From Podarcis gaigeae (Eukaryota), in NCBI GenBank assembly GCA_964106915.2, contig OZ066918.1: a stretch of 64,000 nt of DNA; one strand, given 5' to 3'. Below are positions 1 to 14,615 of the stretch, piece after piece. Made by a program: the position numbers and the translations under genes. Position 1 is the first letter of the stretch; each line of letters opens with the position of its first letter. A model generated the notes under the pieces. It was not told where the DNA came from. It did not search any database and saw only the letters and a program-made list of their open reading frames with translations.

Positions 1-1201
1 TTGGGGGTTGGCCCCATCCACTGCTGGAAAGTGGGCTGGGACAACTTTCCACTATGCCTGCAAACAAGACTGAAGCTCAGGAGGGAGCAAACACAGGGAA
101 GAGGTGCTCCACGTCTGACTTTCCAAAGGACCTGTCTACCTGAGAGGTCCCGATCTTGGCCTCCAGCAGGCCTACCTGACCTGTTAAATTGCAGCCACAC
201 TATCTCAGTAAGTCATGTCAGAAAAGTCCATAGCTATTCTGGAGCAATAATCCCCCTGCCTGTAATGAGAGTTTAACCAGAGACTGGTAGAGATAAGTGC
301 CTGCAGCCCCATGCTTAAAAGCAAGGGTTGTGTTGCATGAGTCATTTCATGCCTTGCCAGGTTTAGCAGATCTTACAACTCCAACCACTTCTGACCACTG
401 GTCATGTATCTGAGTTGTATCCAGTTGGAGAAGGCTGCTTTACAGAATGGCAGACCTTATCAGCAAAACAGTGGGTGGAAACTTAAATAGAGGAAACTTA
501 AAATCCTGTTGCATCTTAAGTGCTGTGGTATTGTAAGACCCTAGGTCTTGAGTCAACAGTGCCCTTTACTACACTCTGTGAATGTGGCTTTGTGTTAATC
601 AAAGGGTTTGTCTGTCCTCGGAGATGATATGGAGATGTTTTGTGCCAGTCCTAAATATTTTTCGCACTCTGCACAAAAAAGAAACTCATCCCTTGTGCAT
701 TCATAAAATAATCCACAAAGGGAAGCTGGAAGCAGGGAAAAAGTGCTCCCTATGAAATCTGCTGCATGAAATGCATAATAGTAGCATCAGCAACACAAGT
801 AGGTACCACTGTGGTGGGAAGGTAAACAGCATTTCCTTGCGCTTTAGTATCACCACTAGTGATACTAGACACCACCTAAGTATTGTTTGCCATGTATTCA
901 TTACATTTTACATTTAAATATGGGAGAGAAGTATTGTTTTATTTTTTCCACCATTCCTCCAAAGAGCTTAAGGATAGCTATGTGGTCCCCTGCTCCACCC
1001 TTGTACATTTAATTCTCACAACAAATTTGTGAGGTAGGTTAGGCAAATAGCTGGTGACTAGGCTGGTGAGGATTTTGACTTGGGTCTCACCGAGCCTAGT
1101 CCAACCACTTGGGATCCATGCCTGCTACAAAAGGATGGAAAGGAAAAGTGAGCGATCTCAGATATGCTTTTCTAGGAATTTATTGTTTGCTCTGGCCTTA
1201 C

Positions 1202-1409
1202 CTTTCATGATGGAAGTGATGCCTCTCCTGCTCCCAGGTCCTGCTGGGGGAATAGTCCCATTCTATTTCTACTGCTGCAATGTAATAGGTCTTTTCATGG
1301 GTATATACCTCATTATCCTCTGGTGATGAAGCACACTTCCTCACTTCATAGGTTTGTCTCATACCCCCTGTGAAATGATCTGTAGTCATGCAGGCCACTT
1401 CAAATACCC
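1202..1409 (-). CDS. CP: CP exon 12
   Basis: 208 nt; [21 protein letters not shown]...[14 protein letters not shown]; donor AG|GTAAGG. Confidence 0.95.
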
Positions 1410-4400
1410 CTGGAGAAACAAAGAGAGAAAGCAAACAAATGAATCCAAACCAAGCACACCTAGGAAATGTGAGGCCTGGCCTGCATTACAGGAACTAAAA
1501 TAATGGAGGACCCTCATTAGGCTACGTACACACCAAGCATTTGAAAAAGCAGAGGATCCTGGAAACCCTTCAGAGCTACAGTCCCTAACACCCTTAGGCA
1601 ACTATAGTCTCTTGCAGCAAAAACAACAAAGTGTATTGTGGAGTCTTAAAGACTAAAACACTTATTATGGTATCAGCTTTCCTGAAGTGGGTGTCAGCTC
1701 ACTTCTTCAAATGAATGAAGTGTTATCCCGAGCTGCAGAGATGTGTAATATATAAATTGGTCAAGATGAAGAAGCAGGTCAAGTGGAATATTTTTCAGTG
1801 TAACACACTGAGGATTCAGAGACAAGTACAATTTTAAAAAATAAATAAAATTAAACCAGCTATATTTTTAACCCAAGCAAAGGGCAGAGGTCAGCAAACT
1901 TTTTCAGCAGGGGGCTAGTCCACTGTCCCTCAGACCTTGTGGGGGACCAGACTATATTTTGAAAGGGAAAAAAATGAACGAATTCCTATGCCCCACAAAT
2001 AACCCAGAGATGCGTTTTAAATAAAAGGACACATTCCACTCATGTAAAAACACACTGATTCCCAAACCGTTTGTGGGCTGGATTTAGAAGGCGATTGGGC
2101 CGGATCCGGCCCCCAGGCCTTAGTTTGCCTACCCATGGGTCACACTCAGCAGAAAAGAGAAGGACCAGAATACTATTTACTCATTATGCAATTGAAGGTT
2201 CTCAAGAGAAGGATACAAGAGAGAAAAACCAACTCCAAACATGCTCCACTAATTCTTAGCATTTCCAACAGGAGTGCACACTAGACCACCTCCTAGACTT
2301 GAGCTAGAGCAGGGGTTTTCCAAGCTTTTTACACATATGGCCCACTTGAGAAAGCTGAAAATTACCAAGGCCCGCCAGTCACAAAATGGTGGTGCAGGGG
2401 TAGAGCCAACTACAAAACAGTGTCGGATGGAGGCAGAGTTTTGCATAATCAGCTAGCAGTTACTGGTATAATTTTCCATTGATATCTAACCTCGCTTTGG
2501 AAATTGCTCAACTTTGCCACAGAAATTTCATTGGGGTGAGAGTTCCATAATTAAGTTTTCTTCAAACTAAGTACAGGATTAAGGAGAGATAGTGACTCGG
2601 TTTCCCCCTTTTAGAAATAATTTACTGGTCCAGAGACTGTAAACTGAGAAGTTCATATAACCAAATGTATGGCTGGGATGTCTAGGCAAGAGTTTAAAAT
2701 TAGTAAGTACAATTGTTGTTATTCACCTTCTGAGTCAAGCTTCATAAGAGCTGTGAGAGAGCTATGTGGAAAGAGATTAGCTGTATCCTTTCTTCCTCCT
2801 TTAGTCAAAAAGGTATTTCCTGAAAAATGTATTCCATGAATGTCAACCTCTGAACCCAAGCCAATCAAATGCCACGAAACGGTGTCTCCACCACACATCT
2901 CAAGGCCTTCCTGGCTTCCATACATGTATCCATTTAAGGCTGCAAAAGAAGGGTGCAAATTGATGCTTAAACACATTCAGTGTCAAAATCCCACAACTAA
3001 CATAATATAGTTCAATAGCAAAAAGAAAAGATGTATACTATGTGCTTACAGTTTTTGCAAATTAAACAAGCCATCATCTTCCATCTATTTGAAATATTTA
3101 ATAACGCATGTAGTCCAATCCTACGTACAGTGGTGCCTCGCAAGACGAAAAGAATCCGTTCCGCGAGTCTCTTCGTCTAGCGGTTTTTTCGTCTTGCGAA
3201 GCAAGCCCATTGACGGCTTAGCGGATTAGCGCTACTAGCGGTTTAGCGGCTTTTAGCGGCTTTTAGCGGCTTAGCGGATAAGCGGCTTAGCGGCTTAGAA
3301 AAAGGGGGGGAGGGGAAAAAACCCACAGGAACTCGCAACATATTTTCGTCTTGCAAAGCAAGCCCATAGGGAAATTCGTTTTGCGAAGCACCTCCAAAAC
3401 GGAAAACTCTTTCGTCTAGCGAGTTTTCCGTCTTGCGAGGCATTCGTCTTGCGGGGCACCACTGTATCTTTATTCAGACATAAATTTCACCCTGCTAATA
3501 GGGCTTACATCTAATTAAACATGCATCTATACACATATTTGCTGTCTTATCTGGATTCTGCTCCAAGTCACACAGGAGTGAATCGTAGAATCTTAGGATT
3601 GGATTCAGCTAAATCCTACTCAGACTCACTGGAATTAATGAATCTAACAACGTAAGGAAAGCCAGTTGAATCAGGTCAATAGCCCATCTGGTCCAGCATC
3701 ATGTTCCACAGTGGCCACAGGAAACCCATAAGCAGGATCCGACCACAATAGCATTCTTCCTTCCTGGGGTTTCCAGCAACAAGTGTTGCTTCCTCTGACT
3801 GCAGCCATCATGGCTAGTATTCACTGATAGCTCTCTCTTCTGTGAATTTGCCTAATTCTCTGTTAAAGCCTTCCAAGTTGGTGACCATCGCTGCTTCCTG
3901 TGGGAGTGTGTGCCATAGTTTATGTGCTGAATGAATAATTATTTCATGGAACAGTGGCTTCTTGATTGAAAGCACCCAAGTCTCCAAAACTGTTTCTCCT
4001 ATTGCCCAAGGAACGAGAGAATGATAGACTACAATCTCAATCCCCATTACTCGCTGAGAAACACAGAGCAATTCTAACTATAGAAATTCTAACTAAGCTC
4101 CTTTCAGGAGGAATTCGACCCCACACTTTTGTTGGTTAAGTTCCTGGTGGCTGTATCATGTGACTGAGCAAAAGGAAGTTTTGAATAGGCGTCGGTCTCT
4201 CCTTGTTCTGGGCATGCTCCCAGAATGCCCATTTTGGAGGCTTGCCCCTATGTAAGTTCCAATGGCTTACATTCTATGGGCTGATCCCCAGATGCAGGGC
4301 TGGGCCGCAGCTGCCTTGGGTGGCAGAACCTCAGTGGGGAACAGCCCCGGCCACCACTACTGGAGAAGCAAGGAGAAGGGGCTGCAGCATTGGCTTCTGT

Positions 4401-7400
4401 GTTCTGGCGGAATCTTGCCAGAAACTGGAAGCCATCGCCACATCTCATGGGGGGAGGGGGCACTGTCAGAACCTGGAAACTGTACAACCCCAGTTAGTGA
4501 GGTGGGCAGTGGCAGCAGCTGGGGAAGGCGGCACTGTACCATTTTGCCTCAGGCGGCAAAATGGGACATGCCGCCCCTGCCCATCTGAGCCAGGGTGAGA
4601 GACCTTCCCCAGAGACCTTCTCTGAATAAGTGTTTGTTTGGGGAGGTGATTGGGTGGAGAGATGGGGTAAAGAATTTGCCTTCATCATTTCCATAAACAA
4701 AAACAAAACGGTAAAATTACAATGCATCTTGTTGGATTCCTGGAAATCTTCATCCTCCTTATTAATCTGCGTAAGATCTCCTCCAGATAGCGCAATATTG
4801 TCATCCAGATACCAGCTCAGATTCTCATCGAATACTGTGGCGAGGAGGAAAAACTCCTTGTCTACATTTTTCTGTGGAAAAGAGCAAGTGTAAAGTGGGG
4901 GGGGACACATGTGGGAAAACGCTATTAAACTGGCTGGGGCTAGCTACAGTGGTACCTCGGATTAAGATATTGCAGAGGAGAATGGTAGATACATTAAATC
5001 TCTACAAGATTCCCCAGGTAAGATACATGGCATATAGGAATGTTTTTCTTCTTTTCTGAGCTGTATACAATGTTTTCCTCTACTTAGAGTAGACTCATTA
5101 GGTAATATTTATTTTATAGTTCCACTCAGAGCATGGATGTGTAGCCACAGTTGGGGAACACCTGAACTAAGCTCCTCAGACATACAGTGCTACCTCAGGT
5201 TAAGTACTTAATTCGTTCCAGAGATCCGTTCTTAACCTGAAACTGTTCTTAACCTGAAGCACCACTTTAGCTAATGGGGCACCGGAGCACGATTTCTGTT
5301 CTCATCCTGAAGCAAAGTTCTTAACCTGAGGTACTATTTCTGGGTTAGTGGAGTCTGTAACCTGAAGCGTCTGTAACCCGAGGTACCACTGTATCTGTAA
5401 AACTACGTGCAACTCCTTATCCAACTAATGAAACATCCTTACAAACGCCTTTCAGGTTCTGGGGTGCTCTTTTTCAAATCACCCAGCAAATGACTTCCTA
5501 TGCTGCTGGAGATTAGAAAGTCAGGGCTCACCCACACTTCTTGCCACCTTCCCTCAGGAAAACTCACGGTTTACCGCTGAACTGGAGCAAACATCAACTG
5601 AGTCTTCTATGTAAAGGAGACAACTCCTAGGGGCTGAGGTCTCTTTGCCCCCCCCCCAATAAAATATTTGAGGAGGCAGACCCCCCTAAGTTGATGAGCA
5701 TTGTGCGTGTGTCACATCTTGTGATCTATTGGGGAGGGGGCTTACCTGGGAGCCCGCAATATTTTATCTAAGTTGGCACCCCTGATGTTTGCTCCAACTT
5801 AGCACTAAAAAAAAGGTTTTCTGGAGGATAGCAGTGGGGCAAAGGCCATAGCTGTCAACGTTTCTCTTTTTTAAGGGAAATTCACTTATTCTGAATAGGA
5901 TTCCTCGCAAGAAAAGGGAAAAGTTGACAGCTATGGGAAAGGCAAAGAGTCAATGTGGTGCCCACAGGCACCAGTGTGCCCCCAGTATGACAGCCAAGAA
6001 AAATCTCAGAATCTTTTCAAAAATCAATAAACCCTTGCTCTCGTCCTTTTTTCAGTGACTCAGTCTCTACTACATTGAACGCATCCCCTTAAAAATGACC
6101 ACACCTCATTCGATGCCAGAATTTGACACCTATCCTCTCTTCTGCTCCTCTGTTAAGAACAGAAGCACTTCTATCTGTGAGGGTGGATGGTGGTGGCTGA
6201 TATAGGTGCCGTTGGGGTGGGGAGAGGTATGCCCACACCATTTTGTCTTTAAGATGTGGCAGCCATTATGCTATGCCCCTGAAGCAGCCATTTTGTGACC
6301 AACACTCACCAGAGTTTCTCAAAATCCCAAATGTGCGGCTGGCACCAAAAAGGTAGGTGATACAAAGAGGAGGATTTCAATTATTCCTGCATTACCTGTT
6401 TCCCTGAAGGAAGCAGTGATCCTTTCCTGCACACCAAGAATGGGCCCACTAGGCCAGAGCTGGTGTCCTTGACTGAATCCGATGCTGAATAATAAATCCA
6501 AGTAAGGCAATCTGGATCGTCCCGAGTAGGACCCACAGTTTCAGGAACCTCCCACTCATAAGTGAATTTCTCTCCAGGATTCACATGCGAAGATGGGCTT
6601 GCAGGTCCTACATTAAGTTCATCATCAAGAAAGAAATGCCCCTAAGTAGTCGTATCATGGGAAGCATGTTAAGAAAGTTGGTTTACCTCCTCCAGTGGAT
6701 ACAACACAAGATTTACATCATTCCCTTAAGATAAATATTCACCTCCAGAGATGGTGTTGTAGAAGGCACCCTCATTGTCTTTGTTGTAGCTCAGCCCATG
6801 CGGCTGAATGCTGAAAGGGTGCGTTGCCCTGTTTAGAAACGTCACCTGGATGGTCTCGCCAACTTCTGCCCTCATGACAGGTCCTAGTTAAAAAATCACA
6901 CAAACCCAACAACACAAATTAAAACTATAATATCTTAATCACGGTTGCAGCTCAAACACACTTGCCTCTCAGCAGAAGCACTTGAATAAGGTGTGGTCCA
7001 AAGCTTGTATGGAGATGTGGCTTAGGAAGGGTACCAAGCGTCAGCTGGCAAGGTGCTCTCATGACCCCCCATGGAAACATCTTGGTGGAAGTGGTCAGAC
7101 GGGAAGGAAGAGGTCAAGGAACTGCAGGAATCTGACCCATGGGAGGAGCCCAATGGAGTGGGAGGTGATCAACAGGACCTGGTGGAGGACTTTGGCCCCA
7201 GGGAGAGGTCCAGCAGATAGGGAGGTAGTGACCTAGACCTAGGAGAAGGGCCAAATGGGTTGTCAGGAGAATGGCCTGCCTCAATGTCATTGGATGGGGT
7301 ATCCCAGCCAGTCAGTGTGTTGCCCCTGGAAGCGCCCTCTGACAACATAGATCTACTGTCCTCGGGAGAGGCGCAGAGGGATAAACTTGACCGTGAGTCA

Positions 7401-10400
7401 GCCCTATCGTCTCTACCTCCATCACCAAAAATGCAGAAGTGACTGCACTGGTGTGAACAGACTCCTCATGCCCAGCCTACTTGCTCTCCCAGAGTGGAAA
7501 AACACTATAGATAAGTCAGAACTTAGATCGTTTTTTAAAAAGGATAAAAAAAATCCTGTGGGAAATGTCGTTTTAAACAATTCTTGCTCTCTGGCACCAT
7601 CTAGTGTTACATGTTTAAAATACATTCAATTTGTTGTTTCTTTACTAATGTAGCTGAGTCCCCAGTTTTGAGTCTTCATACCTCAACCACATAAATGAAG
7701 GTGCCCACCCTGCTCTTCGAAGGGAATGCTCAGAGAGTGTGTCAAATGTTGTGTCACTGTCTTTTTTCTGCCTATCTCCCATGCTTCCTGACTTTGTAGC
7801 TGTTGGAACTCCACTCGGCCAAGCCGATAAGGCCTCCTCTTCCTCCGAACTGAGCCTTTGAAATCGCCTCTGACGTGTTTAATGACCTGAGCTTTTGATG
7901 AGGCCTCAAGCACATTCTATCCAGCAGGGTTCCCAGCACAGGGAAGAGACGAGAGGTTTGGCTACATTGTAAAGAGCTTTATTTCTAAACTACACAGAAC
8001 AGAAGAGACATCCTCTCTCTATGAAAGCAGAGAGCAACTGAAACAAAGGAACAAAGGAAACAGGAAACCACTAACGTCACATCCCGTCTCCCTTTCCCAT
8101 GAGACTGCAAGGTCTCTGGAATGTAAACAGAGTCCTGTGACTCCACGCAGCTGCTCAGTGAGAAACAGAAACTAACAGTAACCAGTAACCCTACTTACGT
8201 TTGGGTGCTGTAGAGAATTTTGGAATAAAACTTTTAATGCTAACAATTGACTCAAGAGCCCGAGCACAGGGTCTGCTAGTGGGGGCCACGACAGTGGCAT
8301 TTTGACTCTGGGCATGATGTTCCCCACTCCTGCTTTAAAGGACTGTTTCGGTTTCTTTAGTGTCAAGTCTCAGGCTCCCATCCACAGTCACTTTGGGTAA
8401 AACCACATTGCCAGACCTCTTTGTAGTAATCAGACATCAAACTAGTGACACCACTGCCTTTACCTCTCAAAAGGTGTATTGTCTTCAGCCTTGAAAGACA
8501 GCCTAGGAAACTGAAAATCTCCTCTGCTTTTGATTGCCAGAGGCTAAAAACAGTCTTACCTAAAAGCCCAAGATGTTCTTCACTAGGGAGCCTCTTTCGG
8601 CGCTGTGAAAATTCACTGCTGGTATACTCAACGAAAAGAGCTTTTTTGTAAGATCCACCAATCCTTTGTTCGCTTTTTTCAAAAAATGTCTTGGACTCCC
8701 TGTGCAGCAACACAAATTATTTTCAAGAGCTGCATTCAGTTAACGGCAAAGAGAAAGACATTCTACACCATACTAAAATTGTTCAGTCCTCATCTCATTC
8801 TAATTTCTTCTGTTGTTTGGCTTTGAATGGCATAACTTGGAATCAAAGTGATTTGGATGGTAGGACTTCACTTGGAGGCCCAAATGGTCAGTCTTACTGG
8901 CAGCATGGAAGAACTACAATGAAGGGATTTTAAAGGAGCAAAAGGTAACATTTGCTTCCACACTGGGAATTTGCTATGGACTAGCCACACTTCCATTCAC
9001 TGACTCTTTACACGACATTCTGAACAACTTTTTAAAAAAAATAATCAATGGAATAGCTGCACAATTTCCCCAGGTGCAGATGTCCTCTTGTGCTGCTGTT
9101 CTGGCTAGTCATGACCTGTATCAATTGCTCTATTTCCTAGATTGCTGGTGACATTCCCTTCCCTGTCTCTCCTCTCTAGGAATCAATTCTATCACATTAA
9201 CCTTCCTCTTTCCAAATCACATCACCTTTACAGTCAGTGGCCTCAACTGTGGCAGCAAAGAAGGGGAAGAGCCAACCAGACTCTCACATTCCACACCCTC
9301 CAACAAGTCCAGGCCTAAAGCCAGGATGTGCGTCTTCTGGGTCATGTGACCCGCAAGAAAGCACAGAGCTCAAAAAACGGGGTGTCCTGATTTAATTGGG
9401 GCACTTGAGGGGTATGACGTTCCCATCCACCACTGAGGCAACTGATAGGTAAAGGTAAAGGTAAAGAACCTCTGGACAGTTAAGTCCAGTCAAAGGCAAC
9501 TATGGGGTTGCGGCGCTCATCTCGCTTTCAGGCCGAGGGAGCCAGCGTTTGTCCAGACAGCTTTTCAGGTCATGTGGCCAGCATGACTATACCATTTATG
9601 GCACAATGAAACACTGTGAAAGAAACCAGGGTGCACGGAAATGCCGTTTACCTTCCCACCTATTTATCTACTTGCACTGGTGTGCTTTTGAACTGCTAGG
9701 TTGGCAGAAGCTATGACAGAGCAATGGAAGCTCACCCCATCATGGGGATTCAAACCGCTGGCCTTCTGATCGGCAAGCTCAAGAGGCTCAGTGGTTTAGA
9801 CCATAGCGTCACCCTTGTCCCTGAGGCAACTGATATGCACAAGGCAAAGGGAAGGGCCAGGACAGGGACCCCTCTTACATTAATGGGCCTCCCCATAGCT
9901 GCAGCAATGGGAACCCAAGAACGCCTGGGAGCTGCCATTTTAATTTCCCAAAATACCACAGAGTGCCTAATGTAGTGTCATGCCTTGTAGGTAATTGAAG
10001 CTCACAAGCCTAGCTGCATGATGTTGAGAACCCAAGGTAAGTATAAGCCCTGGTGGGTCCTTTGGGGGCACTGGGTCCCCAGCAGCTGCCCTAGGATGCC
10101 AGGGGCTGGTACCAGACCAGGGCCAGATCTTCTTGTGCAGACTTGACTCTATACTTCCCTCCCTGCTAAAAAAAATCTGAACATACAAAGGAAAGGCACT
10201 GCTGGATTGGATTGCTCCACACACCCCTCCTAGACAGCTGCTTGCTAAGATTGAACAGCTCTGCTGGTGAGAGCATTGGAAGCACACATTTTTTTCATGC
10301 AATCATCTGGCTCCTGTTTGCTTGATAGCTTAAAAGGCAATACTTACTCATCTAGAATTAATGGTTCCCCTGTGAAGTTATTTATTCCAGATGGGCCATA

Positions 10401-13378
10401 ATTCCACACATGTTCCTCTGCTGCAATGTAATAGTGCCTTGCTATGGTGCTCTTCTTGGGAGAGGGGATATGGCTATTACAGTTTTTCACCTCAAAAATG
10501 GCCTGCATGCCACCTGAAGAAAAGAAAGACAGAACACATGGCGTTAGGATACTTCAAATTCTGGGAATCTCTGCAAACAGATTGAAGACTCTTTAAAGTT
10601 AAAGGTTTGCTTCAATAAGCCCCAGGTCCATATCTCCGCATGAAGCACTGTAAAAGCTATGAGCATTCACTTGCTTGTGTTGATCAGCAAGAATCTGCAG
10701 CAGCTTTCTACAACCTGGTGGTCTCCAGTTTTTTTGACTACAACTCCCAACATCCCCATGAAGCAGCTGTGCTGGCTTAGACTGATGGGAGACGTAATCA
10801 AAAACATCTGGGAGCCACAAGATTGGAGAAGGCTGTCTTTCATGATTTATCAGAACCTTATAAATTTATTCACTATATCTGAGCAGCTCAGTTAAGCAAA
10901 TTTGGTAGAGAGAGTGAAATGAATTGCTCCCTAGTGCAGACTTGTTTTTTCCTGTTCAATTTCCCCTGAAAGCAATGAAATATCATCAAGGCCCATCACT
11001 CTCAAGGGGACTTCCTATATTGAATTCAAAGCATGCAGCGACAAAGAGCCCCATTTGTGGAGCTTCACCTGCCAGCTGTTCCAGGCTCTGGGCAGCTGTA
11101 TTGCCTGTTTTCTTCCAGAAAACAGAAACACCTTTTACAGGAACAGAGGCAGCAACCTTGTAAAGGATTCTGTGGAGCTGTGGATTCTGTAGACTCATGA
11201 TCCGATCTAGGTCATGGTCTGCCCAGATCTGATTATTTGCAATTTGAGTTTGATGAATTCCTTCCCGATCCCCAACCAAACCCACTGCTGGCATGTGGGC
11301 CCCAGTGGGTTGGCCAGTGGTGAAGCTGGCCTGTTGGACAAAAAGGAAGCCACCCCAGATTTACAGGTATGGGGAAACTTTGGGCTTCCAGATGTTGCTG
11401 AACTACAATGCAGACCAGCTCTAGCAAGCATGGCTAATGCCCAGGGATAATGGGAGCTTGTAGTTCAGCAACATCTGGAAGGCCAGAGGTTCTCCAACCC
11501 TGATCTAAAGTCTCTGTCCTTTTGCCTGTCTCAATCTTATTACTTTCTTAAGGAGTGAACCCTGTGCTGTGAACTCTAGGCTTCAAGAGAACACACCTTT
11601 CGGAACCTGGAAAATATTTATAATTCTTTGGTATGCAAAAAGAAACCCAGAGAGAGCGCCCTTGGTTTGTACCTTCTATGTGATCATTGACTTGACAGCT
11701 AAGCAGCCACTGCCCATCGTTCTTTGGCACCATGAGAGCATCCACGAAGGTAGCCGGGAAGAGGCTGACCGTGTCAATTCGATGGTTCCTTTCAGTCAAG
11801 ACTTGCCCATGGAAATAGGCTGAATGGATATCGGCTTCATTACCCATTCCAAAAAGATACCACTTCACATTTTCTTCTGCACACATTGTGACATTGGGAA
11901 GATACCCATACATATATCCATTGATTGCTTTAAAAGAAAAAAGTTAAAAGATTATTTCAAACTACCATGATGCCCCCCCCAAAAAACAGAGTACATTCAA
12001 ATTAATATGTTAGCAATATCTATTTACGGATTGCAGCAGCACAAATTGAATTGAACCAGCAAAAGTTAATTAACCAAAGTCCTTTTTAAAAAGCCAGGTC
12101 TTCAATAACTGCCTGAAGAAACATGGTGAAGGCCCTACCCCTGGTTGACACCATCCTCACCTCCTGAGACTGATGGTTTTGGAACAAATAGGCCATTCCA
12201 AAAGTATCCAGGTCTCAAACCATTCATGGCTTTAAAGGTTAACACCAGCATCTTGGATTGAGCCCAAAAAAACCTATCGCCATCAATCATGATGAGGTGG
12301 AATCAGCAAACCTCTACCTCTGAAACAGGCTTTCTTTTTGCAGAACCCACTTTAGATCTAGAACATTGATGCCGTAGATTTCACTTAATTGATTATTATA
12401 CCTAATATCTTGACCCCAGGCATGACATCAGAAGTTGGTGTTGTTGCACACCTGCCAATAGTTCAGAGGACCCATCACCAATCTGCCCTTGCTGGTCTGG
12501 GTTTGCTAGTGGAAACTTGCAAGAGACCCATTGAATTTTGATGCCCACTCTTTATCTTGTACTTGTTTTTAGAATCTTCAGAGTGACTAACTTGGGGCTT
12601 TTAAGCAGTCTGCAATTCAGCTACTGATCAGCTACTTAGCTTCGAAACAGGTGCTATATATTTTTTTTAAAAAAACGTACAATCTAGAGTAACGCATACA
12701 CCATATAGATATTTGTGTGGAGCAATATAAAAACGATTCACTATGGCAGAAACATCTATGTTCAGGGAGAGTATATCTCTTGACTGCCTGCTGCTGTGGA
12801 TAACTTTCAATATCTTGCCTAAGTTGTGAATATCTATGGAACTTACTTGTAACGTTATACGCACATATACATGTTGCAAAGAAGGTTCTTAAAAGAATGA
12901 AACAATTTGTTCTGAAAGGTAATCTTACAGTGCATTTTATTGCTCTCTTGGAAGTCCTCATTCCTGTCAACTTTGTCAGGTTCAGAGCAGTATTTCTTGA
13001 TATTATCATTTAAGTACCAGCTGAAGTTTTCGTCTACCACAGCAAACATCAGGACGAATTCTCGGTTGACATCCTTATCTTTTCCACCCTGCAGTGTACC
13101 TAAGGAAAACAAAGGACACATTTTGCACATTTACCTGCTGAAATTATTGTCTCCCAGCTATTTGTTACCAGAAAAATGCCCACCAGTGATGTATGATAGA
13201 GAGGCCAACCCATTTTCTGCTACAGTGTCTGAAAATGCTGCTCTTTTGTTTTTCTCCATGTGCATGAATAGGGGGCATTCACTCAGGTGGGAAAATGCCA
13301 AGAGAGACATTTGAGGTTATTTACTTGAAATACTTTATAGCACACCCTTCAATGTGAAATAAAAATGTTCAAGGCAGC

Positions 13379-13422
<44 letters not shown>

Positions 13423-14110
13423 ATGTTAAAGATCATGGCTAAAACAGCAACACACCTTAAATGGATCAGCAACATCAAACAAATCTAAAATCACAGAACT
13501 AGAACTTGAGGCCATCAAATGAACTGGAATGGTGGTGGAACTAGATGGGCTTTTCTGATCAAATAAGGCTCTTTTCCAGTTCTGAGATGCAGCCTTCTGT
13601 TGTTGGATGTGATGTTGCTATTTTAAAAGGAATTTCCCCCGGTGGTCACCCACTCTCTTTATCTAAAGGTCTCCAAAGACAATCTCAACATTTGGGCAAG
13701 TTCACATGGGAGTGATGATCCTTTAGATTCCCAGATCCTAAGCTTGAAAGGTCTTGAAAGGATTAAACCAAAACCTTTGAACTGTGATCAGAAAAGCCCA
13801 TCTAGTTCCACCACCAGTACAGAGCAGACCAGCAGTCAGCTGTTTAAGAACTGATGGAGAGAAGAAATTAGATTTATCGAGAATAAGTTTAATTATGAAA
13901 AAAATGTGTATTGGCAATAAGTAATTTGAACCTGAAATATGGAATAGACGGGAAGTTGGGTCTTTAGTGTTAAGACCAATAGATGTTTTATTGTTTGCCA
14001 AGAAAATTATGTGTCTATGGTTATTTTTGTAATTTGTGTGTAATTTGGTACTTGTGGTTTTTTTTGTGTATGTGTGTTTTCTTGTTTTTTCTTGTATAAA
14101 TATTTTTTTA

Positions 14111-14174
<64 letters not shown>

Positions 14175-14568
14175 CTGATGGGATGTGTTTTAGTGTTGTC
14201 ATATTTTGGAGAGCAAAAAAGAGGACACTATGACGACCATTCAAAGCAAATAAATGCAACGTGTCCCAAATTTTATTGCTGAAAAAGAGGACACATGGCA
14301 ACCCTAATGCGTTTACTGGTCAACTATCTAGGAGTGTTGTTGTTGTTGTTGTTTTAACCAATTAAAGTTTCCTAATAGTTCAAATAATCTCTAAAGGCAA
14401 CTCTTCATGCAGTGCATAGCAGCTGAGTCATCTGGAGGTTCCTACAGTATGAATAACAGTTGTCAGTCTATTGCTATCCAGGACAGTTATGTTGGGCGCA
14501 ACAGCTGATGAAATGTTTAGAAACCACACACAACAGATATGGAAGAACTATCAGAGAATGGAAGATGA

Positions 14569-14615
<47 letters not shown>

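Noticed and set aside
1660-1715. Additional functional hammerhead ribozyme
   Set aside because: The core CUGA is mutated to UUGA and stem II is disrupted; a decayed Penelope copy.
3214-3297. CRISPR-like or telomere-like array (TTAGCGGC repeats)
   Set aside because: Short irregular tandem units without unique spacers, inside a TIR-bounded MITE in a vertebrate intron.
13738-14301. 187-aa ORF with poly-Tyr
   Set aside because: Antisense translation of a (TAA)n LINE tail.
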